Shown: positions 25,715 through 40,072, counted from the first letter of the stretch. The stretch is DNA of 64,000 nucleotides from Rhynchobatus australiae (GCA_034780895.1 JAUZTB010000017.1:33611435-33675434), one strand, 5' to 3'. Notes: generated from the sequence alone by a model not told the origin. A program made the numbers and translations.

Positions 25715-26529
25715 CTAAAATAACATAAAATAAAATTAAAATTAAATAAACTTGGCATTTAAAATTCTCACCTATAAGTGAATAAATCTATCAATTCATC
25801 TCAGGTGCTAGTGCACAGCTGGTGAATCTACACCCATTTTGTTTCTACTGTAGAAATGGGCTATCAATTTTCCATTACCTGCTTTCTTTTGTGCTACTGC
25901 ACAAGGTTAGTTCCGCATAGATCAGAACTGAACTGTCAGCCAAGCATTACATTAGCTATTTGATATTAAATAGTCACAAAATTAAATGATCAAAATAAGA
26001 AGCATGGAATCCCATTCTACAAAAACACTTTTAGGATCAGTCCAATCAGGAAACAGTGAGACTAAGAGGTGAGGTCTATAGGCATTTATTAAAATTAGCA
26101 GTTTAAGTAAGATACTACTATTGTAAAAGAAGAAACCGTATTGTGGATAGGTAGCTATCTCTTGTTGTTTGCCCCTCTGGGAAATTCAGTACACTTCTTG
26201 TGCCCTGAGGGACCATGAGTGTCTCCAGCTGCTTGGGCTCAAGCTCATAAGTTTCCAAACTTCAGAGCAGCTGGATTCACTGCAGAGCCTCAGGGAAGCT
26301 GAGGGTCTCCTGGGTCATACGTTGTAGGAGGTAAGCGACTCACAGGCACAGATCGTTCAGCATAGCAGGTGGCTGGCCATCTGGAAGAGCAGGAAGAAGG
26401 TGGGAAGTGCAGGGACCTTCAGGGTGTGGGGATTACTGGGAGAGACAGCACTTAAGGGGAGGGGGGAATAACACTGGTGATGATTAAAAAGGAGATAGTA
26501 AGAATTCAGAGTCAATATATTCCTGTAAG

Positions 26530-28280
26530 GGTAAGAGGCCAAGATGGTAAGTTTAGGGAACCATGATTAAGGAAAGATATTGAAAGGAAAGGAAAAAAAA
26601 AAGCATACAGCAGATATAGGAAATAGTTATTGAACAAGTTACTTGAGGTTTAAAGGGGATACAGGAGAGAATTTAAGAAAGAAATTAGGAGGGTAGAAAG
26701 GGGTCATGAAATATCCTTGACAAGTAGAATTAAGGAGAATCCTAACGACTTTTATAAGTACATAAGAGGGTAACTAAGGAAGCTAAGGAAACTAAGGTGC
26801 CCTCAGGGACTACAGGGGTAATCTATACATGCAGCCAGGGGATATCAGTGAATTCCTAAATGAATACTTCTCATTGATATTCACCAGGGAGAAAATGTGA
26901 AGGCTGGAGAGTTAAGGGGGGGGGTGATAGGAGGCAGAAGGTAGTGGTTGATGTGTGTTTTCCTGACTAGAANNNNNNNNNNNNNNNNNNNNNNNNNNNN
27001 NNNNNNNNNNNNNNNNNNNNNNNNNNNNNNNNNNNNNNNNNNNNNNNNNNNNNNNNNNNNNNNNNNNNNNNNTTGAGATTTGTGATATATATAAATATGA
27101 CTTGGATATGAATATAGGGGATATGATTACTAAGTTTGCATATGACAGAAAAATTACTAGAGTAGTGGACAGAGAAGAAGGTTGTCAAAAAATACAGCGG
27201 GACATAGCACGGCACAGTAGCGTAGCGGTTAGTGCGATGCTATTATAGTGCCAGTGATCAGGGTTCGATTCCCGTTGCTGTCTGTAGGGAGTTTGTACAT
27301 TCTCCTGTATCTGTATGGGTTTCCTCCCGGTGCCCTGGTTTCCTCCCACATTCTAAAGTTGTACGGGTAGGTTAACGGGGTTTAAAATGGGTGGTGTGGA
27401 CCAAATGGGCCGGAAGGGCCTGTTACTACGCTGTAAATAAAATTAAAATTAACATAGATCAGCTGGAAAGTTGGGCAGAGCAGAGGCAGATAGAATTTAA
27501 TCCAGAGATGGGTGAGGTAATGCGCTTGGGTGAGGACAAATTCTGGTCAGATATACAGAGCAAATGGCAGGGACCTTAGGAGCACTGATGCATAGAGACG
27601 CCTGGGGATGCAAGCCCATAGCTCCCCGAAAGTGGCGACACATGTGGATAAGATAGTGATGTGGATAAGATAGTGAAGAAGGCTTTTAGTATACTTACCT
27701 TCACAGGCCAAGGCACTGGGTATTAGAGTTGGAACATCATGTTGCAGTTGTACAAAACATTATTTAGACTGCACTCAAGAGAATGGTGTACAGTTCTGGT
27801 CACCACTCTACAGGCAAGATGAATGTGCAGAAGAGATTCACCAGGAGGTTGCCTGGAATGGAGGGCTGTAGTTATGTTATAAGGAGAGAATGGATAGGCT
27901 GGGTTTATCCTCACTGGAGGGTGAGAGGTGACGTTATAGAGCTTTATAATATTATGAAGGGCATAGATAGTCTTTGTCCCAGTATGGGGGTGGGGGAGGT
28001 GCGTCTAGAACTAGAGAGCATAGGTTTACGGTGAGAGAGGAGAAATTTAAGGAAGTGTGAGGGATACATTTTTTTTTACACAGAGAGTGCTGAATATCTG
28101 GAAAGAGCTGCCAGAGGTGGTGGAGGCAGAGACAATTACAACATTTAAAAGACATTTGGATAGGTAGCTAGATAGGAAAGAAGTAGAGGGTTATGAGCCT
28201 AATGTGGGGAAATGGGATTAGTGAAGATAAGCATCACAGTCAGCATGGATAAGGTGGGCCCATTTCTGTGCTGTATGCTT
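26530..28280 (+). mobile_element. CR1-like LINE ORF2 remnant (N-gap; nested SINE at 27208-27451)
   Basis: IKENPNDFYKYI; TKFAYDRK (cf. SKFADDTK); QKRFTRRLPGMEG; CR1 3' end. Confidence 0.88.
27208..27451 (+). mobile_element. V-SINE inserted into CR1 with 6-bp TSD ACATAG
   Basis: ACATAG at 27202-27207 and 27452-27457; removing the insert restores tacagcgggacatagatcagctgg. A box tagcgtagcgg, B box ggttcgattcc. Confidence 0.9.
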
Positions 28281-28844
28281 CTGCCCTAAATAGATGCAAA
28301 CACTTCCTCAGGGAAGCGCAAAGAGGCTGAGTCCTCTGCTAGCCCATCACACATTCTTTACTGCATCACCTGCTGTTTGTCACTCCCTGAGTTGCAGCAT
28401 CTGCTACCAGCAGAGCAGAGGATGGAGAATCCTGTTGCCTTTGTCATGGACTTCATACTGCTGCCCCATCTCCCACCCAGTTGTGCTCTGCGAGGTAGCT
28501 TGTGAAACCCCAACTCTATCTTATTAGACCTAATGCCGAGGAGATGCAAGGCCTGAGTCCTTTGACAGAGCATCTTCACAATGAGTGATCTCTTCTGAGG
28601 TGGTGCTGTCATCCTTCATCTACTGAATGCTTTGCAGGAAGGTTAAGGACATGAATTAGAATAGTCAAAGCAAGATTTTTTTTAAAATTTGCATTATGCA
28701 CATGATCACTTGTAGTTGACCAAGTTGTGAAGAATGTCGCATGCAATGCAGCTGGAGGACACTGATTTCCGTCACCAAGTAGCTGTGAGGTCCAATTCAG
28801 ATATCTCAGTTATGTCCACTGTCTCTTCTGCAGATAAAGGAGTC

Positions 28845-29190
28845 ATAAAGTCATACTGCATGGAAACAGCCTCTTTGGCCCACTGAGTCCACACTGGCCA
28901 TCAAGCACTCATAACTCTAATCCACCCCAATCCCATTTCTTCACATTCCCATCAACTAACACCTACTGACCACCCCACATTCTACCACTCACCTACACAC
29001 CAAGGGTGATTTACAGTGACCAATTACCCTGCCAACTTGCACATGTTTGGGATGTGGAAGGGAACTGAAGCATCCAGGGGAAACTCTCTTGGTCACAGGG
29101 AGAACCTGCAAACTCCTCATGGGCACTACCGGAGGTCAGGATTGAATCCAGGTTGCTGAAACTGTCAGTTGCTCCACAGTGTCACCCCTT
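28845..29190 (-). mobile_element. Older V-SINE-type element
   Basis: Plus strand tttgggatgtggaagggaactgaagcatcca...gtcacagggagaacctgcaaactcc...ggattgaatcc (reverse complement of core and B box). Confidence 0.75.
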
Positions 29191-29949
29191 GAGTTGAGGT
29201 ATGTCTAACTCTCTCTTATGATCCATGTTCTTCTACAAGGACAGAAAGAAATGGTTTTAGAGCGGCGGTAAGGGTATGTGTGAAACAGATGGATGGAGAA
29301 TATCTGATGGTGGTGAGTAGGCAATTGAAGTGTCACTTTGTTTAAGTGGAAGGGCACAAGTCAGGCGTGTCTGTGGATGTGACAAGATGCACAGAGAGAG
29401 GGGAAAGGACATACCTGCGGTGTGGTGCGATGAATACTATGCGAGAGTAGAGGGGCAGTTATACACATCTGCATGGTGCTCACCTTTCCTAACCTGATGA
29501 GGTCATTAAACAGCTCTGAATACAGTAGAATAGAGCTTCTACTGCTCACTTCTGCAGCTAACTCTGGCCATGATGGTTTTGTTCCTCCTCTCAGAAAGAA
29601 AAATAATAGCCCTGCTGTCCATTACAGCTCCCCACACCTTAACAAAGGGAGGTATCAGTGAAACATGTGAATGTCTCAGTGTGTTCACTGACCGTTTTAT
29701 TCCCCATTCTTTGTGGTGCTGCCAACAACACATTCCATCAGTGTATGACTTCCAGTATGCCTTTAAGTTGTGGAGCTGGAATTCAGTATGCACTTCACTG
29801 CACCTGCTTTCCCTTACTGATCACGAAGCCCAGAAATAGAACCTTACAGCGATACATGTGGTAAAGTAGGTCTTACAAACACAATGAGGACAATTTGATT
29901 TTTCCACCTACTGGCAGTTTCCCCTGCTCCCAGCTTGTCAGGAAGTTAA

Positions 29950-30555
29950 GAAATTGCAGAGAGTTGTGGACACAGCTCAGCACATCACAGAAACCAGCCT
30001 CCCCTCTATGGACTCTGTCTACACTTCTCACTGCCTCAGTAAAGCAGTGAACATAATCAAAGACCCCACCCTCCCCCGGACACTCTCTCTTCTCCCCCCC
30101 TTCCCACTGTGCAGAAGGTNNNNNNNNNNNNNNNNNNNNNNNNNNNNNNNNNNNNNNNNNNNNNNNNNNNNNNNNNNNNNNNNNNNNNNNNNNNNNNNNN
30201 NNNNNNNNNNNNNNNNNNNCCTTCCCACTGTGCAGAAGGTACAAAAACCTAACAGCAACTACCACCAGGCTCAAGGACAGTTTCTATCCGGCTGTTATAA
30301 AACTATTGTAGGAACCCGCAGTACGATAAGCTGGACTCTTCACCTCACAACTTACCTCATTATGACCTTGCAATTTATTGTCTGCCTCCACTGCACTTTC
30401 TCTGTAACTGTAACACTATTCTGCATTCTGTTGTTGCTTTTCCCTTGTACTATCTCAATGCACTGATGTGATGAAATGATCTGTATGGATGGCATGCAAA
30501 ACAATGTCTTCCACTCTACCTCAGTACATGTGACAATAATAAATCAATTTACCAA
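29950..30555 (+). mobile_element. Rex1/Babar LINE 3' part (contains N-gap)
   Basis: LQRVVDTAQHITETSLPSMDSVYTSHCLSKAVNIIKDP; tail gtacatgtgacaataataaa. Confidence 0.88.
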
Positions 30556-31867
30556 ATTTAACCCTCAATCTGGATTGACACTTGAAGGCTACACTGTGTG
30601 TGGATTACAAGATCTCGTCCCAGGCTTTTGCCAATTGAGTGAAATCTGCTCTGTGGAAGATGATCTATCTGGACCCGACCAGCGCTATACCTGGTGGGAA
30701 GATCTTTGACAGCCTTCTGCAGCGACTACACTTCAAATACACTTCACTGGCTGAAAAATGCTTTCGGATAACCTGAGTTCATGAAAAAGACTTTATAAAT
30801 GCGTTTTTCCTTTCCTTTTAGAAGTCAGAAGTGATGCTGCTTCATTTTTGGTACAGGAGGATTTTATAAGTGATTAAAAAAAGATGTATTTTTATAAATA
30901 AAATTACATGTTTTTATCAGCACCAGACAAGTGTTAACAGCATCCTCAATTGTTACTGCAAAATGGGAAATAATGTCTAATCAGAAACTTGTAGTTCAGT
31001 ACTGCCATAATATGTATTGGTCTGATATCTGTTATTTACATAATAAAGTGGCAAATTCAGCATTAAATTATCTGCACTAGGTCAGTTAACTGATAACTGA
31101 TGTTGTTAGTTCCAGGAAAACTTCTACTGATTGACCTTGTGAGGAACGAGCCGACAGTCTATTGGGGCAAATGTTGAATGTGGTTCTGGGAATGACTTTA
31201 CCGTTTCACAGTTGCCTGTTCTATTTTACTTTAGCTGGAAAGGACACACCTTAGTAAAGCAAAACCATTAAATATATCTGACAGCACCTGTGGAGCGAGA
31301 AATAAAATTAATGATTCAGGTGAATAAAGCTAATCAGCCTGAAATGTTTATTGTTTCTTCCTCTACAGGTGCAGTCTGGCCCACTTGTTCTCTACTTTGT
31401 TATATCTCAGTTAAGGCTCCTTTTTACCGTCAAGAGTTCAGGGGGAGAGCTGTTCACCATTCTGGTATAAATTGTTACTAGTTCATATCCTGCAACTGTG
31501 ACACTTTGAGCGTGTTGTTCAAATGCATAGGATTTGTGAATTCGTCTTTCCTTGTCTCTGCTAATTTGGGTGACCCAAAGTTTGATACATCCAAAGATGT
31601 AAGTGGGTCTTCACCAGCTGCATGATTATCACTGTTTTATTAACAGCTGCCAAATGGTGTCTGACTTAGTATGTGAATGCTATCATTTGGGGCATCTGTA
31701 CGGTGATATGGCTGAGGACTGTATCACTACATGGATGCCCCAAAAAACTGTCCTCAAACAGGAATATGGGACTCTTGAGAAACCAGTTGGTCGTGNNNNN
31801 NNNNNNNNNNNNNNNNNNNNNNNNNNAGAAAGCCACACTGTCAGTTCTGTATGGTACTAAAGCAGAA

Positions 31868-32160
31868 CCACAGTGGCACAGCTGGTAGAACTGTTGCCTC
31901 ACAGCTGCAGTCAGCTGGGTTCAATTCTGACCTCTGTGGAGTTTCTGTGATTGCGTGGGTTTCCTCTTGGGATTCTGGTTCCCTACCTCCCTCATGCGTG
32001 GGATGGCAGATTAATCGCCCATTGTAACTTGTCCCTCATGTGGTAGAATATTGGGGGGAATTTATGGGAATGAGGGGAGAATCAAAATGGGATTGATGTA
32101 GGACTAGTAATAGCAATGTTCAGTGCAGACACAGAGGACTGAGTGGGCTGTTTCCATGTT
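31868..32160 (+). mobile_element. Older V-SINE-type element
   Basis: cacagtggcacagctggtagaactgttgcctcacagc...gggttcaattctgacctc...gcgtgggtttcctc. Confidence 0.75.
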
Positions 32161-32232
32161 CTAAAAAGCTACCACAGTTCCTTACTTTTGATTCACAAAG
32201 TAGATTTGAAAGTCTGCTCTTGTAATTCCTCA

Positions 32233-32517
<285 letters not shown>

Positions 32518-33397
32518 TTAACACATACGCGGACCAATTGGGCAACCTAGTAAAAGACCAACATCAGTACCATGAATAGTTTCTGCTCAAGGGCCTAAAT
32601 TTTGATGGGTCCTGTGCTGATTCCGCTAAGCTGCTGTACTCTCCCCCAGGCGCACATCTGGGGGAGAAGGCCAGCACTCCGCCAAGTGATTTATTTGCGG
32701 CTTTCCCAATGGCAAATGGTCTACAAGGAAAGTGGGTCTTATTTCCAGCAGAAACTGCTCTGGGCAATGTTGTGGCCTGGAGTACTCAACACTGAATTCT
32801 CTAACTTTCAATAACTCGTTCTTTCTTTCTGTTTGTAAGAGAACTGGCAGTTTTTGCCTGTTATCCTTTCTTTTCCTGTTTTTTTGTATAGTCAGACTAT
32901 ACAACATTACATAGACTGTACCACATTATACACAAAAAGTTTAGTTTATCTTAACTGCCACTTTATTTTACAGTTAAGATAACTTCCCTTTTTTCCACCA
33001 AACACCCTGCCTCACCTTCTCTGCTACCTAGACTAACTTATTTCTCTCTTTCTTAGCTCCAGTGAAGGGTCCTAGTCCTGAAATGTTAAATGCTTCTCAA
33101 GCATTTGAGTTCCGAGCTGCAGTGGCACTGCTCCTTAATGGCAGTAACAAAAGTCACACAATGAGCATCACCTTCACTCCAACCACCATCTTCACACCAG
33201 ATGTTAAAATTGTCCCCCAGAATTTAAGATTCCAATCTTTTCTTTGGATATTTCTCAGCCTGTCCAATTTAAGTTGGGTAATTCTTCTAAAGCTATGAAG
33301 CAGGAAGTCAAATGACTTTATTTCAGTTAATATTCAGTGACCTTCAGAACAATCAAGTTCAGAGCAACTTTGCTTTCTGTCTTCTGAGAAGAGATGA

Positions 33398-33555
33398 CTT
33401 CCTAACCCGTGTGTCTTTGGAATGTGGGAGGAAACTGGAGCACCCGGAGGAAAACCTACACAGTCATGGGGAGAACATACAATCTCCTTACAGACAGCGG
33501 CCGGAATTGAACATGGATCACTGGCGCTGTAATAACGTTATGCTAACTGCTACAC
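33398..33555 (-). mobile_element. V-SINE 5' half
   Basis: Reverse complement gtgtagcagttagcataacgttattacagcgccagtgatccatgttcaattccggccgctgtctgtaaggag...ccaaagacacacgggttaggaagt. Confidence 0.88.
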
Positions 33556-35539
33556 TCAGGAGGCTGTGCCAGAGAATGAAAAAACTCAAGAGTTTTCAGC
33601 ACTTACAGGAAGAGATGAATTTGACCTACGTGCAAGTACCAGGCATTTAGTCAATGAGAGACTTAACCATCCTATAGCTGGGCCTTGAGACTGATTTCAC
33701 TGTAATCACTAATGTATAACATGCACACATAATTTAAGCAGTATCCCACCGGCCAGACTAGACTTGGAATCATGTCTCATTTTTTCCCCTCACCCTCCCT
33801 CCCCAAACTGAAGAGAAGCATCAAGATTTGAAAATCTGATCAAGGATGCAGAGGTTTCTTTGGACAACTGCAGATATCTCTGTAAACAGAATCAAATCCA
33901 CTAACAGATTTGTCCATATTCTCATGTGAAAGTGCTGTTAAGAAGGAGAGCACAGAATGGTGAACATACACTACACATGCTCTCCAAACATGTCATTCTG
34001 TTTGTGTTGCATGTTCACAGAGTCAAAATCAGTTCTCGTCACTCGTTTGTGGAATCTTCTTGTATCAAACTGGAGATAAAAACTGGAGATGTATTTCCAT
34101 CATCTATTGGCTTGTACAAGTCAATGATTGAAACGAACAACTTATCAGCAAGTTCCAAAACCTCTAATGCTGGCTGAATTGTTAGCACCACCATGGAGAC
34201 CATTGATTCTCAGGATCTGTGGTCTCCATAGTGGCCCATCAATGGCATTATACTTTCCTTCAGCTGCCATGTTGTGTCTATATGACATAACAGAAATTAT
34301 CAGACTGTCCTGTTGACCTGCATCTGTGGAACGATAATCTGACAGGAATTACAATCATTAAAGTTTTTGATTGGACGGCTGAGGATGCAGATGACTCTGA
34401 TGACCTCTCGGACCTTCCTTACTGGCTTGTGTTCAGAGCTGGGATCACAGAGCAGATACTCGTAATGAGCAATTTCATTTTCAGACATAACACCAACCAT
34501 GCGTCCCTTTCTGAACACATTTCGATCCACCAATTTGTTGGGCATATAAGTGCCCCCATAAGTTGCACTCAGTCTAGCAATGCCTTAAGGCAGCTCTCCA
34601 AGTCTGTAGAGTCGATGGAAATAGAGTCTCTTGCTGTCCCTAGACAATGATTTACTGTTCAATTGATAGCATGCAGGCATGGTTGGTCCAAATAATCATC
34701 TGTTCAGTAAAGAGCCAAGGTATGTAGTGTGAAATCAATCCCACCCCAGGTCAATCTGCTTGTAGACTTTTTGCATGGCGATCTTTTTGGGCTCAATGTC
34801 TCAGTCAGTTTTAGGGTCATTCTCATCAAAGACAACAAAAAAATTCCAATAATTTTCAGAAACAGTGTTCTTCAAATGTACCCATAAGATCAGAAGCTAA
34901 AACTTGTGTCTCTGTAGAAGGTATTTGCCCCATTTTGTAGATAAAATCTTTTACCACCTGGAAGTCCAAATAATGGGTGATCTCTGTATCAGTCAGCATC
35001 ATAATGTGCTGGCCATTTGCCATAAGAAATATGGGTATCAGATCTACATTCCAGTCCCTGCTTCATCCCACAGATTCTGGAGGATCACCAGCGGCTTTGA
35101 AACAGTTTCTCCAAAAGAGTTACTGAGGCACTTTCCCCTCAATGACTTCCCACCTTCCACTTAAAATAGTAAGAATTTCAGTCCATATNNNNNNNNNNCT
35201 TCCCATCCACTGATATGATTCCAGATAAGATACAATCCATTAGTCCAGTCTGTAGTACAATCCTATCATATTGTTCATCCGTAGCTGCTGCTGTTGATGC
35301 TACTACTGTTGCACCTCCTAGTGTCACAGTGATCTGGTCCAAAAATCCTGGGGAACTCTCCATTAATCTGTACACCTACTTGTACTTTCCCCATTCTCAC
35401 TGCCCACAATTGGTTCAGCTGGCTTTATCCTAAATCTCAGCAATTCCTTCCTAAACCACCTCCACATCCCCTCCTTTAAGACCAACCCTAAAACATTAAC
35501 TCCTTAGACTAAACTTTACATCAGCCTTTCCAATTATGC

Positions 35540-35890
35540 ACAACTCAAGATGCTGGAGGAACTCAACGGGTCAGGCAGCATCTAGGGAGGGAAATGGATA
35601 GTCAACAGTTCGGGTTGAGATCCTCCACCTGGACCAGTCCAGGTGAAGGATCTCAACCCAAAACGTTGTCNNNNNNNNNNNNNNNNNNNNNNNNNNNNNN
35701 NNNNNNNNNNNNNNNNNNNNNNNNNNNNNNNNNNNNNNNNNNNNNNNNNNNNNNNNNNNNNNNNNNNNNNAGGATCTCAACCCAAAACGTTGTCTGTCCA
35801 TTTCCCTCCATAGATGCTGCCTGACCCGTTGAGTTCCTCCAGCAGATTGCGTGTTGCTCTAGATTCCAGCATCTGCAGTCCCTTGTGTTT
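35540..35890. mobile_element. Penelope-like terminal repeats in head-to-head (fold-back) arrangement; contains N-gap
   Basis: 35551-35634 is the near reverse complement of 35637-35844 once the gap and its duplicated flank are collapsed. Confidence 0.8.
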
Positions 35891-36260
35891 CCATGTTCCT
35901 ATTCTGCCTCTGTTGACTCAATGCCAATGTTTTGTCTGAGCCTACTCCTGTGGGGCACCTCAGGATGTTTTCATAAGCGAAAGCTGGTATAAAAATTTGC
36001 TATGTTTACATGCTCAGTAGCGTGTTGGGAGATCCAATCTGCCAGTGCTGTATGGGTGTTGTTAGAGTGTATGCATTCCTCGGGTCAGCTGGTGAATAAC
36101 TGGCCATGCAACAACTGGTGTCCTCCAGCTGGCTGATAGAAATCTGTAGTGGAGAATGTGGGGGTAGTGATCAGCCACAGCCACAGGCAGCTGCTATCAT
36201 TGCAAGGCTTCAGGCAGGTAGTGGTAATATGGTCCAGTTCCCCACTGGTGAAACAATATA

Positions 36261-36901
<641 letters not shown>

Positions 36902-38221
36902 TCAATTATTGCTTTGTGGAAGTAACCATTACGAGCTCTTTCAATTTTCTCATGACTAACTCACAGTCCATTGTATTCATGGCTCTCCAATTAAAATTCT
37001 TCTCATTCAAAGCACAGAAAGAATGACTTGCATTTACATTGTGCCTTTAGGTACTCCCCAAAGCACTTCATCGAAAAGAGTTTGCACCAAACTTGACAGA
37101 GCCACAAGTAGATATTGGGGAAAATCTTATGGTGAGATTCACATCCGACCTGCTGGTGGATGGACCCATGACTGGACAGTTCTAGGCACAGAGGAAGTGC
37201 CGCAGCCTTCCACTGAGCAGAGTACTAGTCATGGGACTTCCACACAGATGAACTCCTCATCGGATCCACTGGAGAATCACCACAGATTTCCGACCTCCAG
37301 TGCTGGTCATCCCACGCCAGGTTAAAGAACAGTGACCGGGAACACTTGTTGTTGTCAAAGACAATGTTGGTTTAAGCATCAGCTGTGAAGGGGGGTGTGG
37401 GTGGGGAGGAGCAGCAAGGCCACACCGCTATCAACTGCAGCTAGCCACTTGTTTTAGCAGATGCCCTGGCTATGTTCCCAGAAGACACACCCTGGACCAC
37501 ACTGCAAAGAACAGCAAAGTCCAGGATGTCGACAAAGAACAGCAAAATCCCACACTGACAATCAGCAGACTTGAGGTAGGTTAAAAGCTGCCCCAATACA
37601 ACAGGTGACTAAAAGATCTTCAAAGAGATAGAAGAGCCAATCTACTTGTAATGTTGGATGCAAAGTTATATCAGGAGATTTTCTATATTATAGACCCTTT
37701 ATATCCCCTATCATCATATTTCCTTATGTCCAATTATACCTCTTTACAATAAGTTGCTGTTGAAAGTTGTGGCACTCATCTCTCACATAGGTAAGCTCAA
37801 GACTTGGGGTAGGTTTGAATCTTGCAAGGCTGCTTTGGTAACAGAAGGTCAACAACTGACACTGTAAGGTGCAATTTTACTAATAGTCTGACAGCAAGTT
37901 CTGTTCAATGTTAATTCTGATCAAAGGACATTTATAACAAAGCGTTACTGCGAAAACAATAGAAGAGAATCTATATGTATTCTTTAGATATACAGGGAAA
38001 ACAAATAAATACTTGAGAACAGTCTACCATTTGGTTACCCTAAGCACAATAAGGTACATCCTCAAAGTCACCTTGAGCATCCTAACAAAACAGTTAGGTT
38101 ATAGGCAGACGCAGGGAATCTAAATGGAGGAGTGAGTGGAGTGAGGAGTCAGGTGAGTGGAATGGAGTGAGGAGTCAGGACTCAATGGATAGGTTGAGTG
38201 AGTTAGGAGAGAAGGAGGATG

Positions 38222-38598
38222 AGAGGTGACGACAGAGGTGTACAAGATGATAAGAGGCATAGATCGAGTGGACGGTCAGAGACGTTTTCCCAGGGTGATA
38301 ATGGCTAACACGAGGGGACATAATTTTAAGGTGATTGTAGGAAGGTGTAGGGGGGATGTCAGAATTAAGTTTTTTTTTCACACAGAGAGTGGTGGGTGCG
38401 TGGAATGAACTGCCAGCAGAGGTTGTAGGGGCAGATACATTAGGGACACAAGAAACTCTTAAATAGCCACATGAATGATAGAAAAATGGAGGGCTATGTG
38501 GGAGGGAAGGGTTAGATAGATATTAGAGCAGAATAAAATGTCGGCACAACAACGTGGGCCGAAGGGCCTGTACTGTGCTGTAATGCTCTCTGTTCTAT
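38222..38598 (+). mobile_element. CR1/HER1-like LINE 3' end, relatively young
   Basis: EVYKMIRGIDRVDGQRRFPR...TRGHNFKV; tail gtgggccgaagggcctgtactgtgctgtaatg. Confidence 0.9.
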
Positions 38599-39076
38599 GA
38601 AGCCAGTTAGCCCATTGAACTGCACTGGGTCTATGACAAAAAAATCCAAAAGGGATCCTTTGTTCTGTTCATATCCTACAAAATTTAAATGTTTTGAATA
38701 TTTACAATTTTTCTCTAAAAAGGTGCAATTATCCATACTGTCAAAGCATTCATTATGTGCTTCAACAATCACATGCATAAAAAATAGTAACCTTCTCACT
38801 CTATGCATTTAAATTAGTGATTTCTTATCATTGACTATCAAAACACTTCATTATTTTAAAAACCTCTGGCCCCAATCTACACAAATAGTTTTAAATAAGG
38901 TTTCACTGAAATCTATAAGGAATCACAACGTAACTTGAATTTCTTTCATAACTAAAGGAATCAAGAATATTTAGTAAGAGCATGACATGTGCAGTAAACA
39001 GAGAGACAGATGCAATGGTTTGAAAACTTTGAAGAATGGGCAAATCTAAAAGAATCAGTAAAGGAGATTTTGGTAC

Positions 39077-39212
39077 CAGCGTTCATATCCTTAAACTTCT
39101 GTTTGAGTTCCAGGGGAGTTAGGCGATAATGATCCAAGCCATCATTCCATCGAATCCTTTCCAGTACCTGAAGGTCTCCTCCAACAAGCCAATCTCCACT
39201 TTCCATCACCAT
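39077..39212 (-). CDS. PAPSS2: PAPSS2 coding exon 9 (136 nt)
   Basis: tttcAG|ATGGTG...GCTG|GTacc. [45 protein letters not shown](D). Confidence 0.97.
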
Positions 39213-39268
39213 CTGAAATAGTTGTTTTGAAAGGAACATTTATGGACTCAATATCCCATTCCTAGGCA

Positions 39269-39565
39269 GGCACGGTAGTGCAGCGGTTAGCGTAACGCTA
39301 TTACAGAGCCGGCGACCTGGGTTCAATTCCGGCCGCTTCTGTAAGGAGTTTGTACGTTCTCCCCGTGCCGGCGGGGGTTTCCTCCGGGTGCTCCGGTTTC
39401 CTCTCACGTCCAAAGACATACGGGTTAGGAAGTTGTGGGCATGTTATGTTGGCACCGGAAGCGTGGCAACACTTCTGGGCCCTTCCCCAGAACATTCTAT
39501 GCAAAAGGTGCATTTCACTGTTTCGATGTACATGTGTCTAATTAGGATATCTTATTTTATCTTAC
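39269..39565 (+). mobile_element. Full-length young V-SINE
   Basis: A box tagtgcagcgg, B box ggttcaattcc, V core, many CpGs retained, (ATCTT)n tail. Confidence 0.92.
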
Positions 39566-39797
39566 TTGCAGAAACTTAAAATCTCAGACCTTATGTGTGA
39601 ACCCACACTCTGGGTCTGGCTATGCCACAGGAGTTTTATGCAGTTGATGTAATTGAGAACAGCACTACCAGCAAAGGCTATTGAGTCCTCCATCTCATGT
39701 GTGTCTCGGAGTGGATGCTCAGTAGAAAGACAGAACCTTTCAAAAAACAAAAGCCTGTAGTTATCCTGTCTGCTGCTTCAGAGTGATGTAGGAGGAA

Positions 39798-40072
39798 TAG
39801 GGTTACCAACCCTGGTTAGATACATTCCTTGAAGGTTTCATAGTATGACTTCTCCATGTGAACCAACCCCTCCACTCCACACACCTCCCCCCTCAATGAC
39901 TCCCAAAGTCATTCACCCTTTTCCACACCTCCAAAAAGTATAAAAATTATTCTCAGAAATGAGAATCACACAATTTCTTTCAAGCCCTTATTATTTTTCT
40001 CTTTTTTACTTATAACAATGTCCATAGACTGACCTTTAGTCCTTGGACTTCCCTGTAGGGTTGGAATTCCCA
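39798..40072. mobile_element. Possible old hAT-type MITE
   Basis: Ends tagggttaccaac ... gttggaattccca resemble a decayed TAGGGTTGCCAAC terminal inverted repeat; TSD not seen. Confidence 0.4.

Noticed and set aside
27642-27675. Micro tandem duplications (17 bp here; also ~2059-2096, 5942-5973, 38130-38179, 63469-63513)
   Set aside because: Ordinary slippage or repair duplications with no sign of function.
30100-30240. Direct repeats flanking N-gaps (also 35647-35670/35771-35794 and 44733/44841)
   Set aside because: Identical sequence on both sides of ~100-N gaps is a scaffolding overlap artefact, not a biological duplication.
39269-39345. tRNA gene suggested by A and B boxes
   Set aside because: It continues directly into the V-SINE core and tail; it is a SINE head.
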